From positions 819-64,818 of the forward strand of contig JBEBRZ010000003.1 of the NCBI GenBank assembly GCA_040394615.1: a DNA stretch of 64,000 nt, in the 5' to 3' direction. The position numbers and the translations under genes are program-made. This DNA is from Sphingobacterium mizutaii (GTDB lineage Bacteria > Bacteroidota > Bacteroidia > Sphingobacteriales > Sphingobacteriaceae). Shown one piece after another: positions 19,093 to 29,029 of the stretch (position 1 is its first letter; each line of letters starts with the position of its first letter). Below the pieces are notes generated by a model. It was not told the DNA's origin and did not search any database. It saw only the letters and a list, made by a program, of their open reading frames with translations.

Positions 19093-20130
19093 ATGAGAAT
19101 CATCTTTTTTCTTCTCACCCTTAACCTACCTCAACTCATATGTGCCCAGATAAAGCCGTTGAATGTGATAAAATCAGAGTTTATCTTTGAACAGGGTAAA
19201 AATTTTGAACAATGTCATGCATCAACCATTGAAGAAACCCAAGATGGGAAACTCCTAATCAGTTGGTTTGCTGGAACTCAGGAAGGAAAGAATGATGTTA
19301 AGATTTGGGGGTCTATCTTTGATGGGACAAAATGGTCAGAACCGCAGGTTTGGGCTGATGGCCTATCGGATAATAACAGCCAATACCCTTGCTGGAATCC
19401 GGTACTTTTTAGAAAAAATCAAAATTCAGAAATCTATTTATTCTATAAAGTAGGGCCTAATCCGAGAGAGTGGTGGGGAATGATGAAAACTTCAATTGAC
19501 AATGGGAGGACATGGTCTAATCCTATAAAACTTCCGGATGGCTTCTTAGGACCAATCAAAAACAAACCTAAAGAATTATCGGATGGTACGATACTCTACC
19601 CATCCAGTGTTGAGATAACAGAAGATCGTTGGATAGCACATATTGAAATTACAGATCAAAACATTAAAAATTGGAAAAAATATCCAATCAATCACAAATC
19701 TTCATTCAATGTTATTCAGCCAAGCATATTAATTCATCCTGATCAAAATATTCAGGTTCTATGCCGTAGCAAAGAAGGATTCATTATATCTTCTTGGTCT
19801 GTGGATGGAGGGAAGACTTGGTCAAAATTAAGAAAGACCAATCTGATTAATCCTAATTCCGGCACAGACGGAATTCCTGTTAAAGACCAATTTTGGATAG
19901 TCTATAATCCTGATTTGCCCGGAAAAGATTGGTGGGAAGGAAGATCAAAATTAAATATCGCAAATTCCCATGATGGTATGAACTGGGAAAAACTCTTCGC
20001 TCTCGAAAATGAAGCTCAAGGAGAATTTAGTTATCCTACAATTTTTCAGGATTCCAAAGGATTCATTCATATTAGCTATACTTACAATAGAGTAAATATT
20101 AAACATATCGTGATTAACCCAAATGACTAA
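19093..20130 (+). CDS. BNR/Asp-box beta-propeller, sialidase-like protein with non-canonical active site
   Basis: Signal peptide. Asp boxes SIDNGRTW and SVDGGKTW. CHASTI stands where the RIP motif is expected. C-terminal EFSYP. Confidence 0.8.
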   Translation: MRIIFFLLTLNLPQLICAQIKPLNVIKSEFIFEQGKNFEQCHASTIEETQDGKLLISWFAGTQEGKNDVKIWGSIFDGTKWSEPQVWADGLSDNNSQYPCWNPVLFRKNQNSEIYLFYKVGPNPREWWGMMKTSIDNGRTWSNPIKLPDGFLGPIKNKPKELSDGTILYPSSVEITEDRWIAHIEITDQNIKNWKKYPINHKSSFNVIQPSILIHPDQNIQVLCRSKEGFIISSWSVDGGKTWSKLRKTNLINPNSGTDGIPVKDQFWIVYNPDLPGKDWWEGRSKLNIANSHDGMNWEKLFALENEAQGEFSYPTIFQDSKGFIHISYTYNRVNIKHIVINPND

Positions 20131-20132
20131 AG

Positions 20133-22514
20133 TTATTTTGTAATTCTATAATTTCTACTTAATTCGAAGTTCCCTTCTAATTTAATATTATCAGAAGCAC
20201 TTCCTACCAGAACTTTAAATCTTCCTTTTTCCGCTATCCATTCTTTTTTCACTGTCCAAAGTTTAAAATCATATTCTGTTAGTTGAAAATTCACCTCTTT
20301 TGATTCTCCTTTTTTTAAACTTATTCTCGAAAAATCTTTTAATTGTTTGATTGGTGTAACTACCGAGCTTATCTCATCTACAATATATAATTGAGGAACT
20401 TCATCTGCATCATATCCTCCGATATTCTTCACCTCGAAGCTGATGTTAACGATACTAACATCATCTTCTTCTCTAACATTGATTTCAAGATTACTATATT
20501 CAAATTCAGAATAACTTAAACCATAACCAAAACTATATAGAGGTGTTGATTCCATATCTATATATTCATGATGCTTTGGCTTTTGATAATTGTAATAAAT
20601 TGGGAGCTGTCCAATCGATCGAGGTACTGAAATCGGTAGGCGACCCGCAGGACTATAGTCCCCAAATAAAACATCTGCAATGGCTGTCCCCCCCTCCTGT
20701 CCAGGATACCATGCATCAATAATTGCCGGAAAATGTTCATCAGCCCAGTTTAAGTTTAAAGGTCTACCCTTGATAAGAACTAATACTACCGGTTTCCCCG
20801 TTGCCTCAATAGCCTTCATTAATTTTAATTGGTCTCCCATTAGGTCAAGAGAGGCTCTGTCAAAACCTTCACCACTTTCCATATCAGAAATGGTTTCCTT
20901 CGAATCTTCAACATTTGCTGCCCCAGTAGCTTGATAAGAAGTTTTAAAATCACGTGCACTAGACCCTCCAAGCACTAAAATCACCACATCAGCTTTTTTG
21001 GATGCTTCCACAGCAGAGCTGATATCGGACTGTTGAGTATCTCGGATTGCCACCCCTTTTACATAATCCACTTGAGTTCCTGAACCTAATTTTTCTTTTA
21101 TTCCCGTCAGGACTGTTTTTACCTTTCCTTCAGCTTGTGGAGAGGTATAATCCCCCAATTGATTATATACATTATCTGCATTGGGACCAATCACGGCTAT
21201 TCTTTTTAAATTCTTTTGAAGTGGTAAAATCTGATCTTCGTTCTTTAATAAAATAATGGATTGCCTTGCGACATCTCGCGCAACTTCAATATTTTCCTTT
21301 GTGCCGACCTTCTTACTCACCTCTTCTTCAGATACAAATGGGTTCTCAAATAATCCCAAAGCAAATTTAGTCCTTAAAACACGAGTTACCGCCTGATCCA
21401 ATTGCTCTTGCTTTATAAGTCCATTTTTTACCGCTTCCAATAAATTTTTACCATAACCTGAACCACTTAAGTCCACATCCAATCCAGCATCTAAACTTTG
21501 AGCAGCCCCTATTTCGGAGGTTTCTGCAGTACCGTGCCCCCCATTTAGACCTTGAATACTCAATAAATCAGACACAACAAAACCTTGAAAGCCCCATTCA
21601 TTCCTCAACACATCGGTTAGCAACCATCTGTTAGATGAACATGGAATACCATCGATAGAATTATAAGCTGTCATTACAGACCAAGCCCCCTGTCCTATTG
21701 CTTTCTCGAAAGGAACCAAATAATGCTGTCTTAACTCACGTTCTCCAATTGAAACACTCCCCCCATTATGACCTCCTTCCGGCACACCATAAGCAACAAA
21801 ATGTTTTAATGTTGAAAATATTTTATCTTTCTCTCCGATTTTCTTCCCTTGCATCCCCTTCACCATAGCCTTTCCCATCTCTCCAACTAAATATGAATCC
21901 TCTCCATATGACTCTTCCGTCCTTGACCAACGTGGTTCTCTAGCTAAATCCAGAACAGGGCCATACCCATTATGGCCACCTACCGCCGAAGTTTCTCTTG
22001 CAATAACTTCTGCCATACGCCGAATCAAATCTCTATTCCAAGTGCTTGCTTGACCGATAGCCGTTGGAAAAGTTGTTGCCCCAATCGCCATATGTCCGTG
22101 CGGAGTCTCCTCCGATAAGATTAAAGGAATACCCAAACGTGTACTATCCAACATAAACTTTTGCAATGCGTTAGTCGCTTGCGCAGCTTCCCTTGGACTT
22201 AAACCAGTCTCCAGTGTCCTTTGAGTCCAAGGATCCGCCCTTAAGGTAGCCCATAATAACCCTATATGCTCAGACTTGACCGCATCCTTGAATTTTTGAC
22301 TTACATAAATATCCGAACCCTTCTTATTATACATTTCCCAACCTAAAACCTTCGACAACTGTCCCACTTTTTCCTCAACTGTCATACGAGCCAACAAATC
22401 CTTAACTCTTGTGTCAATGGGCAAATCCTTATTTTTATAGGGGTATATCTGAGCTTTTAATCCTTGGGGTATCCAAGCCAACATGCCTAATAATAATAGC
22501 TGGTTGAAAGTCAT
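20133..22514 (-). CDS. GH3 beta-glycosidase (beta-glucosidase/xylosidase type)
   Basis: RLGIPLILSEETPHG, ARETSAVG, REPRWSRTEESYGED, LKHFVAYG, nucleophile FVVSD, FN3-like C-terminus. Start placed at MTFNQLL (22514); the ORF track gives 22547. Confidence 0.95.
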   Translation of the reverse strand: MTFNQLLLLGMLAWIPQGLKAQIYPYKNKDLPIDTRVKDLLARMTVEEKVGQLSKVLGWEMYNKKGSDIYVSQKFKDAVKSEHIGLLWATLRADPWTQRTLETGLSPREAAQATNALQKFMLDSTRLGIPLILSEETPHGHMAIGATTFPTAIGQASTWNRDLIRRMAEVIARETSAVGGHNGYGPVLDLAREPRWSRTEESYGEDSYLVGEMGKAMVKGMQGKKIGEKDKIFSTLKHFVAYGVPEGGHNGGSVSIGERELRQHYLVPFEKAIGQGAWSVMTAYNSIDGIPCSSNRWLLTDVLRNEWGFQGFVVSDLLSIQGLNGGHGTAETSEIGAAQSLDAGLDVDLSGSGYGKNLLEAVKNGLIKQEQLDQAVTRVLRTKFALGLFENPFVSEEEVSKKVGTKENIEVARDVARQSIILLKNEDQILPLQKNLKRIAVIGPNADNVYNQLGDYTSPQAEGKVKTVLTGIKEKLGSGTQVDYVKGVAIRDTQQSDISSAVEASKKADVVILVLGGSSARDFKTSYQATGAANVEDSKETISDMESGEGFDRASLDLMGDQLKLMKAIEATGKPVVLVLIKGRPLNLNWADEHFPAIIDAWYPGQEGGTAIADVLFGDYSPAGRLPISVPRSIGQLPIYYNYQKPKHHEYIDMESTPLYSFGYGLSYSEFEYSNLEINVREEDDVSIVNISFEVKNIGGYDADEVPQLYIVDEISSVVTPIKQLKDFSRISLKKGESKEVNFQLTEYDFKLWTVKKEWIAEKGRFKVLVGSASDNIKLEGNFELSRNYRITK

Positions 22515-22657
22515 AATAATATTCTTCTTTTGATTAGAGATATCCACTTCTTAAATACTTTTAAAATACACCGTAAAATAATCAATTTTATCCTTTTAGC
22601 ATTAAATATCCAAACATTTATACAGATAAATTATTCGTAGAAAAGGTGAGATTTATA

Positions 22658-22665
22658 TATATTTG
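22658..22665 (+). promoter_or_regulatory. -7 box (TATATTTG) for the second GH29
   Basis: Exact TAnnTTTG. It overlaps the ORF-track TTG start at 22663, which supports ATG 22708 as the real start. Confidence 0.6.
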
Positions 22666-22707
22666 AGCTTACCCAATTTAATTAAAACCCACAAAGACTA
22701 TTATATC

Positions 22708-24465
22708 ATGAAAAATTTTCTTTTAGCCATTGTAATGACTTTAAGTGGACTATTTACTTACGCCCAATCGAATAAAGCCCAGTGGTTGGAGGACGATCGC
22801 TTCGGAATGTTTATTCATTGGGGACTGTATAGTGCAACCGAAGGAATATGGAAAGGGGAGCGCCTAAGACATCCCAATAATTATGCTGAATGGATTCGAT
22901 ACAGAAATCGCATTGGGGAAACTGAATACGGAGAGTTAGCCAAGCGTTTTGACTGGGATAAAATCAATCCTGAAGAATGGGTCGTTCTGGCTAAAAAGGC
23001 CGGGATGAAATATATTATCATTACTTCCAAACATCATGATGGTGTAGCACTTTGGGATACTAAAGTTGGGAACTATTCCCTACCAAAACTTAGTGGAACG
23101 AAGAGGGATATCATTAAAGAGATTGCAGAGGCTTGTAAAAAACACGATATCAAATTATGCTTCTACTATTCTCATTGGATTGATTGGCAACATCCTTATG
23201 GCTGGAATCATAATCAGGAAATTACCGGCAGAGTCTCTGATGAACAGTACAATCAATACTGGCAGGAAAAGGTAATTCCCCAAGTGACTGAACTTTTGAC
23301 TAATTATGGAGATATCGCAATGATGTGGTTTGATATGTGGATTCCTTATCAACAAAGCATTATCAAAAAAGAACAATTAGAACAATTAGCCAATGTGATT
23401 CATAAGCTCCAACCCAAGTGTTTAATCAATTCTCGATTAGGATTCCCTATTGAAAATCAGCATATCGATTTCGAAACTTTAGGTGACAACACCTTTGGGT
23501 CTGCATACACAGATCACGTTTGGGAGACCCCGGGAACTATAGCCCATTCATGGGGGTTTAATGCTTTGGAAAATGAATGGAAATCTACCAACCAATTATT
23601 TCAATCTTTAATTAACAATGTGAGTTTAAATGGTTCTTATACTTTAAACATTGGACCCAGAGCAGATGGTTCTGTTCCATATGAGGGTGTACAAAGATTA
23701 GAGAACATGGGTAAATGGCTTTCGATGTACGGTGAGGCAATTTATGAAAACAAGGGCTTACCTATTCGCTTTTCACAACATGATTGGGGAAAAATGACCT
23801 TTAATAATAAAACGAACGAATTATACCTACATGTTTACAATTGGCCATTAGACAAGATCTTACGTGTAACCGGAATTTCTGATAAACCTAAAAAAATTGA
23901 AGTCTTAAGTCCTGAAGGAAGTCAGGAAGTGGATTATCAACAATTTGGACCTATACTTCATATTCAATTACCCGATAATCAACCGGACCCTTATGTTTCT
24001 GTTCTGAAAGTAACCCTTAACCATTTACAATTAGATCAGGATGTCGTTGCAGAGTCAACGTTTGGTGGCTTTTCTTTAAATGCAAAAAACACGCTATCAA
24101 AAGATATAGAAAGCAAAGATTTCGATGGCACAAAACCTGACCATCTGATATTGAAAGCGAAGGATAAAGCCTTATGGAAAGTCTATATCCCTGAAGCTGG
24201 CACCTATTCATTAGACGCTTCTATATATAATGGAAATGATAAGGAGACAACTTTAACGATTACTATGGATGGGAAATCTTACCATACAAAAGCCGAAAAA
24301 AATGGAAAAATAACAGTAGAGCCTAATGAAAACTGGTATGTGGAGGAGTTTTTAGATGTTTCTTCAGGAAAAATAAACATAAATAAGCCAGGTTTCATCA
24401 CAGTTGAATTCTCCTCTTCCGATCCAATATTATTCAATAGAATCTGGATGGAAAAACAGGAATAA
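22708..24465 (+). CDS. GH29 alpha-L-fucosidase with C-terminal extra beta-rich domain
   Basis: RFGMFIHWGLYS, AGMKYIIITSKHHDG, nucleophile MWFD, GSYTLNIGP. Signal peptide MKNFLLAIVM. Confidence 0.93.
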   Translation: MKNFLLAIVMTLSGLFTYAQSNKAQWLEDDRFGMFIHWGLYSATEGIWKGERLRHPNNYAEWIRYRNRIGETEYGELAKRFDWDKINPEEWVVLAKKAGMKYIIITSKHHDGVALWDTKVGNYSLPKLSGTKRDIIKEIAEACKKHDIKLCFYYSHWIDWQHPYGWNHNQEITGRVSDEQYNQYWQEKVIPQVTELLTNYGDIAMMWFDMWIPYQQSIIKKEQLEQLANVIHKLQPKCLINSRLGFPIENQHIDFETLGDNTFGSAYTDHVWETPGTIAHSWGFNALENEWKSTNQLFQSLINNVSLNGSYTLNIGPRADGSVPYEGVQRLENMGKWLSMYGEAIYENKGLPIRFSQHDWGKMTFNNKTNELYLHVYNWPLDKILRVTGISDKPKKIEVLSPEGSQEVDYQQFGPILHIQLPDNQPDPYVSVLKVTLNHLQLDQDVVAESTFGGFSLNAKNTLSKDIESKDFDGTKPDHLILKAKDKALWKVYIPEAGTYSLDASIYNGNDKETTLTITMDGKSYHTKAEKNGKITVEPNENWYVEEFLDVSSGKININKPGFITVEFSSSDPILFNRIWMEKQE

Positions 24466-24484
24466 TCCCTGTTTAGTAGGGCTC

Positions 24485-24529
24485 ATAAAAAAGTTCCCGA
24501 TAGATTTGATCTATCGGGAACTTTTTTAT
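24485..24529. terminator. Bidirectional terminator (21-bp perfect stem)
   Basis: ataaaaaagttcccgatagat-ttg-atctatcgggaacttttttat between the convergent GH29 and ruvA genes. Confidence 0.9.
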
Positions 24530-24538
24530 TGGCAAATT

Positions 24539-25123
24539 TTACAACCGTTTTAGAGCTGCCTTTATAAGTTGTTCTACAGTAAGATCAGGTTCAGCTGTAT
24601 AAATTGTTTGCAGCACCTTTTCTGCCTGAGTTTTAGGAAACCCTAGCATAACCAATGCTGAAAGAGCTTCTTCAGAAGAAGATGGTTTACTGACTGCCAA
24701 TGGTATTAAGGCATCAGGACCCTGCTTTTTCAATTTATCTTGTAACTCTAAAATAACACGCTGTGCTGTTTTAGGACCAATACCTTTAATTTTCTGAATA
24801 ACATTTACCTGTCCGCTCACTATAGCCTGCTGAATCTCTTCCGGAGTAATAGACGACAGCATCATTCTCCCCGTATTGGGACCAATACCTGATACAGAAA
24901 TCAAATGATGGAATAAATGTCTTTCTGCTTCAGTAGCAAATCCATATAAGGTCTGCGAATCTTCACGAACCTGAAAAGATGCAAAAAGCTTGCACTCCTC
25001 TTTATCCTTAATCAGACTATAAGTTGTCAATGAAATATGTAAGTAATAGCCTATCCCACCTACTTCTAAAACGACGTGTGTAGGGGCCTTAAATACAAGT
25101 TTGCCTTTAAAATATTCATACAT
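24539..25123 (-). CDS. ruvA: Holliday junction branch migration protein RuvA
   Basis: VVLEVGGIGY, LYGF, LISVSGIGP and IKGIGPKTAQRVILEL HhH motifs; C-terminal ALVMLGF. Confidence 0.97.
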   Translation of the reverse strand: MYEYFKGKLVFKAPTHVVLEVGGIGYYLHISLTTYSLIKDKEECKLFASFQVREDSQTLYGFATEAERHLFHHLISVSGIGPNTGRMMLSSITPEEIQQAIVSGQVNVIQKIKGIGPKTAQRVILELQDKLKKQGPDALIPLAVSKPSSSEEALSALVMLGFPKTQAEKVLQTIYTAEPDLTVEQLIKAALKRL

Positions 25124-25132
25124 AAGCAGTGC

Positions 25133-27418
25133 TTATTGATTTTTTGAACTTTGTTCGTGTTCTATCGCATCAACGACAGCAATAGTAACCATATTGACAA
25201 TTTCCCGCACAGAACTATCTAATTGTAATACGTGAACCGGTTTATTCATTCCTAAAAGTACAGGACCGATTGCTTCTGCATTGCCTACTTCCTGTAGTAA
25301 TTTGTAGGCAATATTACCTGATTCTAGGTTCGGGAACACTAATGTATTGGCAGGTTCTCCGTTCAAAGTAGAAAACGGAAAATTATCTGCTAATAAATTT
25401 TTGTTCAATGCAAAATTTGCTTGTATTTCACCATCAGCTATAATTTCGGGATGATTTTTATGAAGAATTTTAACAGCAGCTCTCGTCTTTTCTGATACTT
25501 CACCATCACTTGAACCAAAGTTCGAATAAGATAATAATGCCAATCTCGGTTTAATATTAAAACGCTGAACAGCAGCATTCAATAAAACTGAAATATCAGC
25601 TAATTCTTGTGCATTCGGATCTGAATTTACGGTCGTATCGCCAAAGAATAAAGGCCCCTGGCTTGTTAACATAATATACATCCCTGCTACACGACTTCCT
25701 GGTTTAGCACCAATAACCTGTAAAGCAGGACGGATAGTTGAAGCATAGTTTCTGGTTAAACCTGAAATTAAGGTGTCCGCTTCACCAAATTCTACCATGC
25801 TCGCCGCAAAGTAATTCCGGTTAATCATTAATTTTCGGGCATCTAGTTTACTAACTCCTCTGCGCTGTCTTTTTTGATATAAATGATCAACGAATTTCTC
25901 AAAACGCTCTGTTTTAACTTCATTTTGTGGATCAATAATCTCTACACCATCTAATTCGAAACCATACTCTTTAATTAAAGCACTAATTTTTTCTTGATTA
26001 CCTAATAAAATCGGGAATGCAATCTTTTCCTCCTTAACAATTTGTGCTGCACGAAGTGTTTTATAATTATCTGCCTCAGCGAAAACAACACGTTTAGGAT
26101 TTGATTTTGCCTTTGAAGTAATTGTCCGCACCAATCGATCATCTTTTCCTAAGCGCTTGCGTAATTCATCACGATAAGTATCCCAATCTTCGATTACTTT
26201 ACGAGCGACCCCTGATTCTATAGCTGCTTTCGCTACTGCTATAGAAACCTCCGTAATCAAACGTGGGTCTGTTGGCTTAGGAATCACATAATCTGTACTA
26301 AAACGTAGATTACTAGTATTATATGCAATATTTACTTCTTCAGGAACGGGTTGTTTTGCTAATTCTGCAATTGCTTTCACCGCAGCAATTTTCATAGCTT
26401 CATTAATCGCAGTGGCTCTCACATCCAATGCTCCACGAAAAATATAAGGGAATCCTAAAACATTATTTACTTGATTAGGATAATCGGAACGACCGGTTCC
26501 CATGATTAAATCATCACGCGTCTCTACAGCTAATTCATAAGAGATCTCCGGATTAGGGTTTGCCATCGCTAAAACAATAGGTTTTGGTGCCATGCTTTTT
26601 AACACCTCTGCTGTTAACACGTCAGCTTTGGAAAGTCCGATAAATACATCGCTATCTTTAACAGCTTCTTCAAGACTGTAAATATCTCTATCCGTCGCCC
26701 ATTCTGCTTTAGTTCTATCAAGATTTTCTCTGTCGCTGCGAATAACACCCTTGCTATCCAACATAACGATATTTTCTTTCTTAGCACCTACTGCAACATA
26801 CATAGCAGTACAAGAAATCGCTGCAGCACCAGCGCCGTTAACAACAATTTTTAAATCAGCAAGATTTTTACCCTGTAGTTCACAAGCATTTATCAATGCA
26901 GCACCGGAAATAATAGCTGTACCGTGCTGATCATCATGCATCACCGGAATATTCATCTCCGCTTTCAGGCGGCGTTCGATTTCAAAACATTCAGGAGCTT
27001 TGATATCTTCTAGATTGATCCCTCCAAATGTAGGTTCCAACGCCTTAACGATATTAACGAATTCATCAACATTTTTGGTGTCTAATTCGATATCGAAAAC
27101 ATCGATATCTGCAAATATCTTGAAAAGTAATCCTTTTCCTTCCATAACAGGTTTTCCTGCCTGTGCTCCAATATCTCCTAAACCCAATACTGCAGTCCCA
27201 TTACTGATAACGGCCACCAAGTTACCTTTAGCAGTATATTTATAAGCGTCTTCACTGTTTTCAGCAATTGCTAAACATGGCTCTGCAACTCCCGGAGAGT
27301 AAGCTAGAGATAAATCTCTTTGCGAACTGTGAGGTTTTGTTGGAACCACTGCAATCTTGCCTGGACGCCCCATTGCATGGTAGTTTAAAGCGTCTTTTTT
27401 TCTGTTGATGTTACTCAT
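25133..27418 (-). CDS. maeB: NADP-dependent malic enzyme with phosphotransacetylase-like C-terminal domain
   Basis: [53 protein letters not shown]; PTA domain [15 protein letters not shown]. Confidence 0.96.
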   Translation of the reverse strand: MSNINRKKDALNYHAMGRPGKIAVVPTKPHSSQRDLSLAYSPGVAEPCLAIAENSEDAYKYTAKGNLVAVISNGTAVLGLGDIGAQAGKPVMEGKGLLFKIFADIDVFDIELDTKNVDEFVNIVKALEPTFGGINLEDIKAPECFEIERRLKAEMNIPVMHDDQHGTAIISGAALINACELQGKNLADLKIVVNGAGAAAISCTAMYVAVGAKKENIVMLDSKGVIRSDRENLDRTKAEWATDRDIYSLEEAVKDSDVFIGLSKADVLTAEVLKSMAPKPIVLAMANPNPEISYELAVETRDDLIMGTGRSDYPNQVNNVLGFPYIFRGALDVRATAINEAMKIAAVKAIAELAKQPVPEEVNIAYNTSNLRFSTDYVIPKPTDPRLITEVSIAVAKAAIESGVARKVIEDWDTYRDELRKRLGKDDRLVRTITSKAKSNPKRVVFAEADNYKTLRAAQIVKEEKIAFPILLGNQEKISALIKEYGFELDGVEIIDPQNEVKTERFEKFVDHLYQKRQRRGVSKLDARKLMINRNYFAASMVEFGEADTLISGLTRNYASTIRPALQVIGAKPGSRVAGMYIMLTSQGPLFFGDTTVNSDPNAQELADISVLLNAAVQRFNIKPRLALLSYSNFGSSDGEVSEKTRAAVKILHKNHPEIIADGEIQANFALNKNLLADNFPFSTLNGEPANTLVFPNLESGNIAYKLLQEVGNAEAIGPVLLGMNKPVHVLQLDSSVREIVNMVTIAVVDAIEHEQSSKNQ

Positions 27419-27470
27419 TACAATTTTGGTTTATTCTAATTTTCTGATTATTATCTCGTAATAACCTATT

Positions 27471-28901
27471 TTATTTTAATACGTCTAATAATTTAAACAT
27501 TCTTTGTCGCATCTGTGATGCAGGACCCTTGTAATTATTTATTAGTAATGCAAAAGTATATTCTTGTCCATCCGCCGATAGCTGATAACCTGTATAACCT
27601 AATACACCACCAATTGTTCCACTTTTCATTGATGTTTTATTAACAACAGGCAACGATTTTAGAAACTCATCATACCACGGTCTACCTTTTGCATATTGCA
27701 TAATCTTACCCATTGCAAGTGTAGTAACTCTGTTTTGAGGCGAGAGACCCGAACCATCATAGGTTTGAATAGCGCTAGTTTCTATTCCCAATTTATTCTG
27801 CCAATATTTGGAAACCAAATTAGCAGCATCTTCTGTGTCATAATCAAGTGCTGTTATTCCACCGACCACTTTTAATAATGATTCTCCATATAGGTTGATA
27901 CTCTTTTGATTGAACCAATGGATAATCTCTCCTAATCTGGGAGACTTAATTGTGGTAATTAATTTTCTTTCACCTTGGAGCACAATAAGCGAATCTATAT
28001 TCATCAATCTTTTCGCTGTTGTTACTGTATCCGAAATCAAGATAGAATCTTTACTTAGGAATGCTCCAAGAGAATATGCGAGATCCAAAGCTGGATCAGG
28101 AACTGATATTTCAATTGTCTTCTTAAGATCAGACCCATAAGTTCCTCGAAGATAAACATCTGTAGAATATGGTGCTGAGTAAGCATAAACATTATCGCCA
28201 GAGCCTGGAGAACCTGTTTTCACTTCGTTAATAAGTTTATAAAACGGAGCTTTACTAACCGGATTTAAGCTCGCTGATTGACCAGGTCTGCCTGGATTAA
28301 AGCTTATTCCAAGCTTATTTTCTTTCCAATTTAAAGAAGAAATTCCCGCGCCATAATAATTACCAATATCAGTCCACATCCAAGTACCCGGAACATCATA
28401 ACCATTAAATAACGTATCATCAGCAATAACTTTTCCATTGATTTGTTTAATACCTAGATCTTTAATCGCGTTCGTCCACTTCGCCAAGATTACGTCAGCC
28501 TTTGTCTCAGGGTATCGATCACTTCCCAGGGTTGGATCTCCGGTCCCTTCAATAATAAGGTTTCCATTAAGAGTGCCTAAAGAATCAATTTCTCCCGTAT
28601 AGTACAAATGCGTAGAGAAAGTGTAGTCAGCGCCTAATAAGTCTAAAGCAGTAATAGACGTGATGACCTTTAACGTTGAAGCTGTTGGCAGTCCGGTGTG
28701 ATTATTACGTTCGAATACGATTTCCCCGGTTTTTGAATTAATAACAGTAAGTGAAGCTATTCCATTTTGAAGAGAAGGGTGCTGACTAAACGCATCAAAT
28801 GCAGCTTGTATTTTTGGTTTTATTTCCTGCCCATGTAAATTATCAACTCCTACAAAGTTTATTATTGCCAGAAAGAATAAAAATGAAAAAAAGTTTCTCA
28901 T
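27471..28901 (-). CDS. dacB: D-Ala-D-Ala carboxypeptidase/endopeptidase (PBP4, peptidase S13)
   Basis: SxxK (PTASTLK), GDPTLG, SxN (QKSIN), DGSGLS, KSGTIGGV. Start placed at MRNFF (28901); the ORF track gives 28940. Confidence 0.93.
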   Translation of the reverse strand: MRNFFSFLFFLAIINFVGVDNLHGQEIKPKIQAAFDAFSQHPSLQNGIASLTVINSKTGEIVFERNNHTGLPTASTLKVITSITALDLLGADYTFSTHLYYTGEIDSLGTLNGNLIIEGTGDPTLGSDRYPETKADVILAKWTNAIKDLGIKQINGKVIADDTLFNGYDVPGTWMWTDIGNYYGAGISSLNWKENKLGISFNPGRPGQSASLNPVSKAPFYKLINEVKTGSPGSGDNVYAYSAPYSTDVYLRGTYGSDLKKTIEISVPDPALDLAYSLGAFLSKDSILISDTVTTAKRLMNIDSLIVLQGERKLITTIKSPRLGEIIHWFNQKSINLYGESLLKVVGGITALDYDTEDAANLVSKYWQNKLGIETSAIQTYDGSGLSPQNRVTTLAMGKIMQYAKGRPWYDEFLKSLPVVNKTSMKSGTIGGVLGYTGYQLSADGQEYTFALLINNYKGPASQMRQRMFKLLDVLK

Positions 28902-29029
28902 AGGTAGCAAATATCGTAATCTACTGCACAAGTAGTACATTAAAATTGTAAAATTTCAATTGTATGATTAAGTAAATGTATTAATTGTGAGAGTTTTTAT
29001 AACTTGCACGGATTATTAAAAATAACATA

